From assembly GCA_963705105.1 (NCBI GenBank), contig CAVPIW010000006.1, forward strand, positions 608,001 through 672,000: a stretch of DNA of 64,000 bases. The letters run 5' to 3'. Below the pieces are notes generated by a model that saw only the letters and a list, made by a program, of their open reading frames with translations, did no database searches and had not been told where the DNA came from. Below are positions 30,922-40,925 of the stretch, piece by piece (position 1 is the stretch's first letter; each line of letters opens with the position of its first letter). This stretch comes from an uncultured Nitrospiraceae bacterium. GTDB lineage: Bacteria; Nitrospirota; Thermodesulfovibrionia; Thermodesulfovibrionales; Dissulfurispiraceae. Made by a program: the position numbers and the translations under genes.

Positions 30922-32196
30922 ATGGGCAATAGTGACGGTCATTCACCGACTGAAAGGATGAAGCGCCTCGCCACGATTCTCTTCTGCGCGATGGTGGCGC
31001 TTTATGCCGCAGCGCGTGAAGGCGAGAGGATCTCACCGTGGTTCAGCCCCGTCCGGGCCTTTGCCGAGGCGGCCATGGTCGGCGCCCTCGCCGACTGGTT
31101 CGCCGTGACCGCCCTCTTCCGCCGCCCCTGGTGGGTGCGATTCATCCGGTGGGTGCCCTTTCTCGGTCCTCTCATTTACAACCACACAGCCATCGTCCCC
31201 TCGAATAAAGACCGCATCGGAGAGAGCCTCGGCAATTTCGTCGAAAAGAATTTCCTCACCTCCGAGGCGGTCAGGACAAAGCTCCAGTCGATCGATATGG
31301 CCGGCATCGTTGCCGGAAGACTCGCCGATCCTGAGAAAAGCGCCGTCCTCGTCGATGAGATCTGCGCCTTCATCCCCGGCATGATCGGCGCCCTCGACGA
31401 CGACGACATCCGCCGGTTCGTCAGCAGCAACATGACGCATGCCATCAGGTCCGTGGAAGTCGCCCCGTCACTCGGCCACTTCCTCGAAATACTCACGTCG
31501 AACAACAAGCACCAGGAACTCTTCGACCGCGTCCTTATCCTTGTGAACAATCTCTTCGAGGAATACAGGGAAGCCCTGCAGGACAGGATCACCGATGAGA
31601 CGCCGTGGTTTCTGCTGCCCTTCGGAGTCGATTTCGTCGTCTACGACAAGATCGTGACGAACCTGCAGTCTCTGCTGAATGAGGTGACCGGGAATCCGGA
31701 CCATGAGCTGAGGGTCCGTTTTAACAGGGCGACGGAGGAGTTCATCAGGAAGCTCAAGTCGTCTCCCGAATACAGGGAGCGGGGCGAATCGCTGAAAGAG
31801 GAATTTCTCGCAAGCCCCGTTATCCGGCAATATTTCGACCAGGTCTGGGACGACCTGAAGCCCCGTATCCTGGATGCGCTTGCGAGGCCGGATTCGGCGC
31901 TCAGGACGCGGATGGGAGAGGCCGTGAGGGCTGTGGGCAATGGCTTGCTCAACGATGAAGCGGTCCGCCGAAAAATCAACGAACGCATCCAGGACGCCGC
32001 GGTGGCCGTCGTCGACAAACACCGGGCCGAGATGAGCAGTCTCATCGCGGAGCAGATGAGGCAGTGGGACGCCGTGACGATCTCAGACAAGATCGAGCGG
32101 GAAGTCGGCAGTGATCTTCAGTATATCAGGATCAACGGGACCATCATCGGCGGGTTCATCGGCCTGCTTATCCATCTGTTTTCGAGGCTTTTCTGA
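30922..32196 (+). CDS. DUF445 family membrane protein
   Basis: EAAMVGALADWFAVTALFRRP and DLQYIRINGTIIGG motifs. Confidence 0.9.
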   Translation: MGNSDGHSPTERMKRLATILFCAMVALYAAAREGERISPWFSPVRAFAEAAMVGALADWFAVTALFRRPWWVRFIRWVPFLGPLIYNHTAIVPSNKDRIGESLGNFVEKNFLTSEAVRTKLQSIDMAGIVAGRLADPEKSAVLVDEICAFIPGMIGALDDDDIRRFVSSNMTHAIRSVEVAPSLGHFLEILTSNNKHQELFDRVLILVNNLFEEYREALQDRITDETPWFLLPFGVDFVVYDKIVTNLQSLLNEVTGNPDHELRVRFNRATEEFIRKLKSSPEYRERGESLKEEFLASPVIRQYFDQVWDDLKPRILDALARPDSALRTRMGEAVRAVGNGLLNDEAVRRKINERIQDAAVAVVDKHRAEMSSLIAEQMRQWDAVTISDKIEREVGSDLQYIRINGTIIGGFIGLLIHLFSRLF

Positions 32197-32325
32197 TGCG
32201 GTTCATTACGACAGAGGAGCGCTGTGCCGGGCTCTTTCCGATATCGTCACATTTTATCTTTCGATGACCCTGAGTTTTCAGGTATGCTATTTCTACAGTT
32301 TTTGAATAAGCGATACGAGGCCAAA

Positions 32326-32922
32326 ATGACTATGAAAGAGTCTATAAAGAATGACAATGCGTTCCTGAGGGCGATCCTCGATGCCATTCCTTCACCCGTG
32401 CTTATCATGAATCGCAATCTGCGGATCATCGATGCAAATCAGGCTGCCAAAGTCCTGTCACCTGAGAATCCCGTCATTCAGAGGAAACTCTGCGGGGACA
32501 TGCTCTGTTGTTATTATGCCCTCACATCAGGCAAAGGCTGCGGGTCGACGGAGCACTGCAGGGAGTGTATTGTCAGAAGGACCGTCCGCAGCGCCGTGAA
32601 GGGTGAAAAGAGCACCCGCGAGAAGGGCCAGATGGCGATATTAAGAAACGGTGCAACCCTCATACTTCATCTGCTTGTCACCGCCACTCCTTTCACAGAT
32701 GGAAACAGGCGCCTCGCCCTCGTCATCCTCGAAGACATAACCGAGCTTGTAGAGCTCAGGAGCATCTTTCGCATCTGCGCGAGTTGTAAACGGATACGCC
32801 GCGACGACGAGTACTGGGAACAGATCGAGACTTTTCTGAAAACACATCTGGACCTGCAGTTCAGCCACGGCATCTGCCCGGAGTGCACAAAAAACCTGTA
32901 CCCGGATCTCGGTCTTCCGTAG
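32326..32922 (+). CDS. PAS-domain protein with C-terminal CxxC...SHGICPEC motif
   Basis: ILDAIPSPVLI...AN PAS start; EDITE end; ICASCKRIR...SHGICPEC tail. Confidence 0.8.
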   Translation: MTMKESIKNDNAFLRAILDAIPSPVLIMNRNLRIIDANQAAKVLSPENPVIQRKLCGDMLCCYYALTSGKGCGSTEHCRECIVRRTVRSAVKGEKSTREKGQMAILRNGATLILHLLVTATPFTDGNRRLALVILEDITELVELRSIFRICASCKRIRRDDEYWEQIETFLKTHLDLQFSHGICPECTKNLYPDLGLP

Positions 32923-33482
32923 CGGGCAGCGGGTATCCTGAGCTTCATCCTCCCGAACAGGATGACCGGGGAACCCCGGTAAAAGCGCAATTCTTGCATT
33001 GAGCGGCGCAATTTTTGCATCCTTTGTCGCACCATGCCATTGTTTTTCAGTTCACGCCGCCCCTTCTATTCATGGCACAGGATTTGATATTTGCAAAGGC
33101 AACGTCCTATGACTTGTCATTCCGGCTCGTCCGGAATCTTTCTGTGGGAAGGACTCCCGACAAGCTGCAGTGATGGAGAATAGGTCATTTATTATGTTGA
33201 AATTATTAGTCGGCAGTCCGAAGATAATAAAGGATATAAAAGAATATAGAAGTTAAGGCGGTTCCCAAAACGGCCCGATAGATGATCTCCGGTAAGCCGG
33301 CGTTTCTTTGGGCGCTTTGCGGCTTGGCGTGAGACCGCAGTTCCCTGTCAATCGCCGATCAGGCCGAATTGGGAACAATGCGGTCATCTCTGACACCGGC
33401 AGTGCCACCTAATTAATTATGCCTCACACCGACATTGTCGCCGGCGCTGTTGCTTTACGAACCCATTTGAAAGGAGGCCGTA

Positions 33483-34007
33483 ATGAGAAGAACTGAAGAC
33501 GGTGGATGGAATCCTTACCTTGCAGGCTCGCTCAACGGGGTGGTCCTCATCTTGTCCGCCTGGATCGCGGACAAATATGTCGGCACATCGACCACATTTG
33601 TGAAGACGGCGGGTATGATCGAAAAGCTCTTCAATCCCGAACGGGTGGCACAAATGGAATACTTCATCAAGGAAGTGCCGAAGATTGACTGGCAATGGAT
33701 GTTTGTCATCGGCATTTTCATCGGGTCTTTCATCTCATCAGTTACCTCGGGCTCGTTCCGTTTGAAGGCCGTCCCCGATATGTGGGAGCGTCGCTTCGGA
33801 CCGGGCATTGCAGATCGCGGACTCGTGGCATTCATCGGCGGCATCGTCGTGATCTATGGTGCACGCCTTGCCGATGGTTGACCGAGCGGACACGGGCTGA
33901 GCGGTTCGCTCCAGCTTGCAGTAAGCGGCTTCATCGCCCTCGCCGGGTTTTTCATCGGCGGCATGATAATGGCAAACCTGATCTACCGGGGAGGTGACAG
34001 CTCATGA
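33483..34007 (+). CDS. YeeE/YedE family sulfur transporter, selenocysteine-containing (UGA 33879-33881)
   Basis: GARLADG-U-PSGHGLSG matches the family GARLAxGCxSGH motif. The frame continues to an ATGA overlap with the next gene, and a SECIS-like hairpin follows the UGA. Confidence 0.85.
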
Positions 34008-34531
34008 CCACGCTTCTGTACGGCCTTGTCACGGGCATCCTCTTCGGTTTCCTCCTCCAAAAGGCGCGGGTCCTGAGGTACGACAAACAGATCGGCGCCC
34101 TGCGGCTCATGGATATGACCATCGTCAAGTTCATGCTGAGCAGCATCCTTGTCGCCATGGTCGGCGTCTATCTGCTCAAGGACCTCGGCCTCGTCAAACT
34201 CAACCTTAAAACCACCGTCATTGGTGCCCAGGTTCTCGGGGGCATCATCTTCGGTCTCGGGTGGGGACTGCTCGGTTACTGCCCGGGGACACAGATAGGG
34301 GCGCTCGGGGAAGGGAGGCTGGACGCGGTATGGGGAATCATCGGGTCGCTCGTCGGGGCGGCACTCTATGCCGAAACCTATCCTTTTCTAAAGAAGACGG
34401 TGCTTGCCTGGGGCAATTACGGCAAGATAACGGTGCCTCAAACCCTCGGCGTCAACCACTGGTTCGTCATTATCCCCCTCGTCACTGGAGGTCTTCTGCT
34501 CTTCCGGTGGTTCGAGAAAAGGGGGCTGTAG
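34004..34531 (+). CDS. YeeE/YedE family membrane protein (second subunit)
   Basis: GILFGFLLQK and FGLGWGLLGYCPGT motifs. Confidence 0.9.
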   Translation: MTTLLYGLVTGILFGFLLQKARVLRYDKQIGALRLMDMTIVKFMLSSILVAMVGVYLLKDLGLVKLNLKTTVIGAQVLGGIIFGLGWGLLGYCPGTQIGALGEGRLDAVWGIIGSLVGAALYAETYPFLKKTVLAWGNYGKITVPQTLGVNHWFVIIPLVTGGLLLFRWFEKRGL

Positions 34532-34548
34532 TAAACCATCAGGAAAAC

Positions 34549-34580
34549 ATGGAGCGGCTGGATGGACCCAGCCGCTCCAT
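34549..34580. terminator. Hairpin between convergent genes
   Basis: 13-bp perfect stem ATGGAGCGGCTGG / CCAGCCGCTCCAT. Confidence 0.55.
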
Positions 34581-34592
34581 ACACGCCATCCC

Positions 34593-34988
34593 TTACTTCT
34601 TTTTGTGCTCGATCTCCTTTTCCGCCTCCTCTTCCATCTTCTTGAGCCTCGTGTAGTAATCGGGGAACTCCGCGAGGTGATCGATAGAGATCTCGAGGGC
34701 GCGGAACTTGTCAGTCGTATGCTCCTGCTCCACCTTGATCCCCATGAGAAGCTGGTCCAGGTCGAAATCGGTCACCTTTCTCGCATCAGCCCTGCCCCCC
34801 CTGATGCCCTGCCGGAAGTCCCTGATGTCGATCCCGTGGCGCTCCTTGATCGCCTTCCGGTACTCCTCGAATTTCGCATCCTGTCCCTTGACGACCGGTT
34901 TCGACGGTTTCGGCTGCTCCACAGCATAACCAGTGACGACAAAACAAAGCACAAGCATCAACGCAAACAAGATGATTCTTCCTTTCAT
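34593..34988 (-). CDS. Exported protein with DUF5661-like C-terminus
   Basis: Signal peptide; QLLMGIKVEQEH...DHLAEFPDYYTRLKKME. Confidence 0.7.
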   Translation of the reverse strand: MKGRIILFALMLVLCFVVTGYAVEQPKPSKPVVKGQDAKFEEYRKAIKERHGIDIRDFRQGIRGGRADARKVTDFDLDQLLMGIKVEQEHTTDKFRALEISIDHLAEFPDYYTRLKKMEEEAEKEIEHKKK

Positions 34989-35094
34989 AAGAAACCTCCT
35001 TTCGTGATCAAACATAACCTTGTCGTTGTAAGAGCTCTCCGGAAGGGCGTGGCGAGGACCGAAAACTCTCGGTGTGAGATGACCTCTGCAGGCC

Positions 35095-35712
35095 TCATAT
35101 GATCCCCAGCAGCTTCAGCCCGTCGCGAAAAAGAACAATTGCCAAAACACATAAGACGATCCCGAGGAAACGCATCGCGCAGACATAGGGCTTACCGTCC
35201 AGAAATGATCTCGATTTGCCGACCAGCAGGGATAGCAATATTTTTGATCCCACCAAAAAGACATAAAAACCGCAAATGAAGGCGGCCGATGCAAAAATGC
35301 TGATGTTCATAGCCCTGGTCATTGTCGGAGCGCCGACACTAAACCAAAACAAGTAGGGATGCGGGCTGAGAGCGTTTGCCAATATGCCTTTCCTCAGGGA
35401 TTTGGCCTTCTTCGCCTCAGTATTCACCTCAACTCCTTTCGAGCGTATCCCCTCGCAGCCCATACACAGAATGAAGAAACCGCCGGCTAGTGAAATGATC
35501 CCCAATACGGCATGGAAATCGGATAACTTCGCCAAAATGAAACAAGTTGCGATAATGATCGGCAAATCGGTGATGAACGGCGCGAGAGCGACTTTTATGC
35601 CCGATCTGATACCGTGCTGCAGGGTTTCGGAGATGACGAGGGTCAGGAGAGGGCCCGGGGCGAGTCCCGCCGACAGGCCCAGTATGATCCCGATGGTCAG
35701 GTATGTTGTCAT
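35095..35712 (-). CDS. LysE-family exporter
   Basis: APGP motif, GILANALSPHPYLFW and hydrophobic helices. Confidence 0.9.
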   Translation of the reverse strand: MTTYLTIGIILGLSAGLAPGPLLTLVISETLQHGIRSGIKVALAPFITDLPIIIATCFILAKLSDFHAVLGIISLAGGFFILCMGCEGIRSKGVEVNTEAKKAKSLRKGILANALSPHPYLFWFSVGAPTMTRAMNISIFASAAFICGFYVFLVGSKILLSLLVGKSRSFLDGKPYVCAMRFLGIVLCVLAIVLFRDGLKLLGII

Positions 35713-36018
35713 TCCGCACTTCTCCTTCCCCGGTCAGGCTGCTTGCCCGGATGCTGACCGGCCGGATCATGGCTTAACCTTGCGGGCACATGAGAAGGCG
35801 GGGCGAAGCGCCTGTCCGGACTCCCTATTGCAACAATACGATTAATATAGCACAGCACCCCTGACCAGAATATTGTGCAGCCAGACTTTGAAAACGAGGA
35901 TAGGATGTGATGCCCCATCCTCGGGCCACGTTATTTTGGACACCAATGATAGCACAGACAACCACAATGACCGCGTGACAGCCGACTGCTGCCTTCCGTC
36001 CCGTCCCACGGGGACCTG

Positions 36019-37395
36019 TCACGTGGACTGGCTGAGGGCGGCATAGACAATCAAAATCGCGACGACCATGACGTGGAGAAACGCGTAATTTCTCCGTGGA
36101 ATCATGCCCTCGAAATCGCCTTTATGAAAAAGACGGAGGACATTGTGGCTTGCCGCCGCCCCGACAGCAAGGATAAGCAACGATAGGATGCCGATGAACC
36201 GTTCATCCACGACAAATCGCCACCGGGAAAGGTCCATCCCCGCCTGACTGCCGAGGGTCGGGAAAAATGAACCCGCTTCCGACAGGAAGTATGCGAGCCG
36301 GTAGACGAGCTCCCCAGTAAAGGTGAAGGGGACGAGCACGGGGACCATCGGCGAAAAACGTCCGAAGACCTCGTCTTCCGTTACCGTGAACAGCCTTGCC
36401 CCGACCCGTATGAGACCGAGAAAAAAGAGGAAGCCAGCTCCGAGAAGCACGGTGAAAGCGACAAGGTCCGACTGATGAAAATAGGTTTTCAGCGGCACGA
36501 ACCAGGCCTTTTCATAAATGAAACGGGCGAGCTGGGAACCCATGAGAAAGGGGATGATAAAAGAGCAGGTGAGGTAACGGCCCTTGTTGATCACCAGTTC
36601 CGCAAAGGGGTTCCGCAGGTTTATCCTCGGCGAATCGTAGGGGCACATCGGGACGCAGTGGCCGCAGACAAGGCAATCGAGGTTGTTCCGCACATTGACG
36701 GCACCGAGATAGACGGGGCAGCCGGCGCCGCCTGCCGTGCCCTTCCGGCAGGAAGCGGTTTTGCAGGTTTTGCAGACAGCGAGATCAGGCCTGAACTCCG
36801 TAATGGAGATGGTGGCGGCGGACCCTATGATCCTGCCCATGGGGCAGACGTGGCGGCACCAGGCCTGTCCCTTGAAGAGGACCTCCATAAGTGTTGCGCC
36901 GGCGATGATCGCCACGAGCAGGATCGCCGTCCCGGACGGCGATTCCTTGAGGTTGAAGACGGATTCCGCCCAGAGAATGACAGCCAGGAAGAATGTAGAC
37001 AGATAGACGCCGTTCTTCTGCAGGAACCGCGGTACGTCGGCGTTGAATCTCATCCCGAAACGGCGCAGGATGCGTCCGACACCGGGGAACGGGCAAAAGC
37101 CGCACCAAAGCCTCCCGGTGAAGAACCAGCTCAGTACGATGGTCGTCCACCAGACACCCCAGACCATGAAAAGGATCGCATTCCGGTCCGGGTCCTGGGG
37201 ACCGAAGAACCCGACAAGGATGATGACGGTGAAAACGATGTCTCCGAAGGTCCGTACCGCCGCAAAATACCGGCGGTCTGCGAAAAACCTCTTCAACGGG
37301 GGAAAGGCTTCGAAAAGGTTTATGCGCGCCTGACGGTCGTCAGGGAGGACGATCCCCAGCGCCTGACGGAGGATTTTTCTCGCTGTCATGTACAC
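36019..37395 (-). CDS. Membrane 4Fe-4S-binding protein
   Basis: WCGFCP, WCRHVCPMG and CLVCGHCVPMCP motifs; many TM helices. Confidence 0.8.
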   Translation of the reverse strand: MYMTARKILRQALGIVLPDDRQARINLFEAFPPLKRFFADRRYFAAVRTFGDIVFTVIILVGFFGPQDPDRNAILFMVWGVWWTTIVLSWFFTGRLWCGFCPFPGVGRILRRFGMRFNADVPRFLQKNGVYLSTFFLAVILWAESVFNLKESPSGTAILLVAIIAGATLMEVLFKGQAWCRHVCPMGRIIGSAATISITEFRPDLAVCKTCKTASCRKGTAGGAGCPVYLGAVNVRNNLDCLVCGHCVPMCPYDSPRINLRNPFAELVINKGRYLTCSFIIPFLMGSQLARFIYEKAWFVPLKTYFHQSDLVAFTVLLGAGFLFFLGLIRVGARLFTVTEDEVFGRFSPMVPVLVPFTFTGELVYRLAYFLSEAGSFFPTLGSQAGMDLSRWRFVVDERFIGILSLLILAVGAAASHNVLRLFHKGDFEGMIPRRNYAFLHVMVVAILIVYAALSQST

Positions 37396-37400
37396 GCCTT

Positions 37401-38144
37401 CTATTCGCTGTAGTTCCTGATCAACCGCGAGCCGTAGAGAAAAAACGCTGCGGCATAGGCGACGAGAACGGCGAGGGAGACGAGGGCCTCCTCGTCGAGC
37501 GACGCCTTCCTGATGACGATATTCGTGTGGGTCAAAGGGAAAACGGTGATGAGCATCCCGATGGCGGCGGGCATGCGGTCGACGGGGAAGAAGGTCCCGC
37601 TGAAGAACGCCATGGGCAGGATGAAGAAGTTGGTATATGTCGCCGTGTCCTCGTGAGACTTGGAGACCATGCCCGTGATGACGCCGAGACTGGCGAAGAG
37701 GAAGCAGTTGAGCAGGAGGGTGCCGGCGAAAAGGGGCGTGAGAAAAAACCCGTCGACGGCGATGAATCCGACGGAGATGATGAGCGACGAGGCGAAGAGA
37801 CCCTTCACCATGCCTGCCAGGACTTCACCGATCATTATGGAGGAAGGGCTGATCGGCGCCTGGACGAAGACCTGGAAAGTCTTGAAGTAGATCCTGTTGA
37901 GGTTGAGGGCGCTCGCGACCCAGGTGTAAGAGTTGTTCATGGAGCTCATGGCCACGATGCCCGGAAGCAGGTACGTGAGGTAATCGACGCCCTGGACTGT
38001 GACGCCCCTGCCGAGGCCGAACCCGAAGGTGATCAGGTAGATGATGGGGACGACCATGGCAGAGAAGAGGTATCCGATCTTGAGCAGTTTCCTCCGGAAA
38101 AGGAGCATCTCCCGGAGAAAGATGGGGTACCATTTCATCATCAT
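37401..38144 (-). CDS. ABC-2 type permease
   Basis: YLLPGIVAM and FFSGTFFPV motifs. Confidence 0.9.
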   Translation of the reverse strand: MMMKWYPIFLREMLLFRRKLLKIGYLFSAMVVPIIYLITFGFGLGRGVTVQGVDYLTYLLPGIVAMSSMNNSYTWVASALNLNRIYFKTFQVFVQAPISPSSIMIGEVLAGMVKGLFASSLIISVGFIAVDGFFLTPLFAGTLLLNCFLFASLGVITGMVSKSHEDTATYTNFFILPMAFFSGTFFPVDRMPAAIGMLITVFPLTHTNIVIRKASLDEEALVSLAVLVAYAAAFFLYGSRLIRNYSE

Positions 38145-38974
38145 GCCATGCGCTCCCCGGTAAGCTTGACGAAGACGTCCTCGAGGTTGGATGCCCTGAT
38201 GGTCACGCCGTTGCGCATCTCGGCTGCCAGCGCGTTGGCTTCCTCACGGGTCCTCCGGATATGCTGGATGAGTTTTCCCCCGGCGTCCACGTGCTCCACC
38301 ACGTACTCTCCGACCATGGCCTTCAGGTTTGACGGCGTGTCGAGGGCGACCAGGCGGCCCCTGGCAAGGATGCCGATCCTGTTGCAGAGGGCCTCGGCCT
38401 CCTCGATGTAGTGCGTGGTGATGACGACGGTCCGGCCCTCGATCCGCACCTTCCTGATATTGTCCCACATCTGCCGCCGTATCTGGGGATCGAGGCCGAG
38501 AGATGGTTCGTCGAGGAAGAGGACTGACGGCTCCGTCAGGAGCGCCCGGGCGAGGAGGAGCCGTCTCTGCATGCCGCCTGAAAATCCCGAGACGACGGAG
38601 TCCTGCCTGTCCGAGAGGCCGACTGTCTTTATGGCCTCTTCAATCACCCGTCGCCTCTGCCGGACATCGTGGAGCATGGAGTAGATAAGTAGGTTCTCAT
38701 AGGCCGTCAGCTCCCTGTCCAGGTTGTTCTCCTGGGGGACGACGGCGATGCGCCTTTTCACCGCAATGGGGTCCTGCCGGACGTCGAAGCCGTCGACCCT
38801 GCAGACACCGCTGTCTGCCCGGCTCAGCGTCGTCAGGACCTTGATCGTCGTCGTCTTGCCCGCGCCGTTCGGCCCCAGGAGGCCGAAGACCTCGCCCTTC
38901 TCGATGGTGAAAGTGACGCCGTCGAGGGCGGTGATTGCGCCGTATCTTTTCGTGAGCCCCTGCACCTCAACCAT
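38141..38974 (-). CDS. ABC transporter ATP-binding protein
   Basis: GPNGAGKTT, FSGGM, LDEP and TTHY motifs. Confidence 0.95.
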   Translation of the reverse strand: MVEVQGLTKRYGAITALDGVTFTIEKGEVFGLLGPNGAGKTTTIKVLTTLSRADSGVCRVDGFDVRQDPIAVKRRIAVVPQENNLDRELTAYENLLIYSMLHDVRQRRRVIEEAIKTVGLSDRQDSVVSGFSGGMQRRLLLARALLTEPSVLFLDEPSLGLDPQIRRQMWDNIRKVRIEGRTVVITTHYIEEAEALCNRIGILARGRLVALDTPSNLKAMVGEYVVEHVDAGGKLIQHIRRTREEANALAAEMRNGVTIRASNLEDVFVKLTGERMA

Positions 38975-38982
38975 TATATGCC

Positions 38983-39804
38983 CTACTTCCCCAGGCTCCG
39001 GTCATAGAGTTCCCGTGCGCTCAGATCGTATGCTTCAGCGACGATCCTCGACGCCTCCTTCCTGCCCTTCCCTCTTTTCATGAGTTCGCCGACCTCGCGG
39101 AGCGCCTCGTCGACACTCGGCGTTTCCCGGCCCCGGCCTTCCACGATGATCACGTATTCCCCCACCGTCTTTCTGCCCTTCACAAATTCAACGATTTCGG
39201 TCAGTGTGCCCCGCATCGCCTCTTCGTGGATTTTCGTGATTTCCCTGATCAGGGCGGCTTTGCGCGGACCGAAGATGGCCGCCATGTCGTCAAGCGTTTC
39301 CGTGACACGGTGGGGCGCCTCGTAGAAGACGAGGGTCCTGTCCTCGATGGCGAGCGACTTCAGCACCTTCTGTCTCTGCGCCTGTCTGGCCGGCAGGAAA
39401 CCGGCGAAGGTGAACGTGTCCGTCGGGAGGCCCGCGATGGACAGGGCGGCGATTGCAGCCGAGGGGCCGGGAATGGAGACAACGGGCACTCCCTCTTCGA
39501 CAGCCCTCTTTATAAGCACGGAGCCGGGATCGGAAATGCCCGGCGTCCCCGCATCCGATATGAGGGCGACGGACAACCCCTCCTTCAACCTCATGATGAT
39601 CGACTCGGACCTGGTCTTCTCTTTTTCGGACCAGTAGCTGATGAGCGGTTTCGCGATGCCGTAGTGCTGCAGGAGCTTCCGGGAATGGCGCGTGTCCTCG
39701 GCGGCGATGAGATCCACCTCGCCCAGGATTCTGACAGCCCTCAGGGTGATGTCCTCGAGATTGCCGATGGGAGTGGCGACGACGTAGAGGGTACCGACGC
39801 TCAT
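38983..39804 (-). CDS. rsmI: 16S rRNA C1402 2'-O-methyltransferase
   Basis: LYVVATPIGNLEDIT, AEDTR, SDAGTPGISDPG and YEAPHR motifs. Confidence 0.95.
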   Translation of the reverse strand: MSVGTLYVVATPIGNLEDITLRAVRILGEVDLIAAEDTRHSRKLLQHYGIAKPLISYWSEKEKTRSESIIMRLKEGLSVALISDAGTPGISDPGSVLIKRAVEEGVPVVSIPGPSAAIAALSIAGLPTDTFTFAGFLPARQAQRQKVLKSLAIEDRTLVFYEAPHRVTETLDDMAAIFGPRKAALIREITKIHEEAMRGTLTEIVEFVKGRKTVGEYVIIVEGRGRETPSVDEALREVGELMKRGKGRKEASRIVAEAYDLSARELYDRSLGK

Positions 39805-39868
39805 CGGCGCCCTCTGTCGTTGCTCACATGATGACCCGCCATTTTGACCCGCCGCAGGAGCGGCGAAC

Positions 39869-40345
39869 TTACGACTTCTTCATGAAGCTGTCACGGAACG
39901 CCGCAAGCCAGCGGATGTGGCTCTTTTCCTCGTTGATGATCTCGTCGATGATCTCCTTTTCCTTCACGGCCTCACGGATGCCGTAATAATAGAGGAGCGA
40001 TTCCTTCTCGAAGCCGATGGCGAATCTTATCACCTCTCCGATGTCCGTCGTCGTCTCCATCGATGTCAGGGCCTTGTTGCTGCCGATGAAGAACTTCGAC
40101 TCCACCATCGCCCTCATGTATTGCGACACCTCTTCCCAGCCGTCGGGCTCAGTGTCGCCGACGAGATCCCTGAGATCGGCGAAGGTCTTTTCGTGAACGA
40201 CCTCCTTGTGGGCCAGATCGGTAAAGAAGGCGCTCAAACGCTCGTTGTCTTTGAATCTCTGCGCCATGGCGGAATAGAACTGGTGACCCAGTCTCTCCGT
40301 CTGGACGGCCTGCTCGATCACCTCTCTAATGGAATATTTCTCCAT
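39869..40345 (-). CDS. Ferritin-like/rubrerythrin domain protein
   Basis: E...ExxH pairs (KEVVH, EEKSH); SD GGAGG. Confidence 0.85.
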   Translation of the reverse strand: MEKYSIREVIEQAVQTERLGHQFYSAMAQRFKDNERLSAFFTDLAHKEVVHEKTFADLRDLVGDTEPDGWEEVSQYMRAMVESKFFIGSNKALTSMETTTDIGEVIRFAIGFEKESLLYYYGIREAVKEKEIIDEIINEEKSHIRWLAAFRDSFMKKS

Positions 40346-40388
40346 CCTTACCTCCGATATAGACATAGTCATTCAGACAGTAGTCAGT

Positions 40389-40585
40389 ACCCTATCGTTG
40401 CATACGCCCTCAGGAAATGCGGGGCGAATGAGCCGAAAGCCTCGGTGCTGCGAAACCTTTGCCTTCCCGTAAAGGCCGTGTCAGACCGACGTCATGAAGA
40501 AAAGAGAACCTGTTGCTGACACTCATATACACTGTCACTGACACTATATTTTCAGAGCGCTTTGCCTCGCATTTTTGCGCAACTG
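40389..40585. repeat. IR-bounded element, subtype B
   Basis: CCTCGGTGCTGCGAAACCTTTGCCTTCCCGTA is shared with the 20806 copy; CTGACA/CTCACA tract. Confidence 0.8.
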
Positions 40586-40624
40586 CAAAATCAGTCATTA
40601 AGTCATTGAGTCAGCAGTTGGTAC

Positions 40625-40915
40625 TCATCTGCATGTTACTCCACCTGCAGCAGTTTTCTCAAGCGCTCTGTCCGCCTGATAGACATCGTCGACGCTGTCG
40701 CCGGTGATGTCCCATGTATATTCCCCCTTGGCGTTCCGGTGCAGTTTCACCCTGACGGGCTTTTTCGGCTTCACCTGCTGGACCTGGGGGTTCTTGCCGA
40801 CCTGGAATGCCTGCTGGCCCTGCGGTTTTTCAGCGGTCTGCGCGAAGACGGGCGATCCCCCAACCAGGAGACCGATTATTGTTGCCGCAACGACGATGCG
40901 TCGTATGGAAACCAT
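40625..40915 (-). CDS. Small exported hypothetical protein (C-terminal frameshift likely)
   Basis: Signal peptide; KPKKPVRVKLHRNAKGEYTWDITG. An alternative frame ends RLRKLLQVE*. Confidence 0.65.
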   Translation of the reverse strand: MVSIRRIVVAATIIGLLVGGSPVFAQTAEKPQGQQAFQVGKNPQVQQVKPKKPVRVKLHRNAKGEYTWDITGDSVDDVYQADRALEKTAAGGVTCR

Positions 40916-40925
40916 GTGCCGCTCC

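Noticed and set aside
32930..33480. Riboswitch or ncRNA upstream of the YeeE pair
   Set aside because: No recognisable cobalamin, Moco, SAM or c-di-GMP consensus by eye; an Rfam scan would be needed.
35016..35812. lysE as cargo of a composite element formed by two repeat ends
   Set aside because: Both ends point the same way rather than inward, and no TSD is evident.
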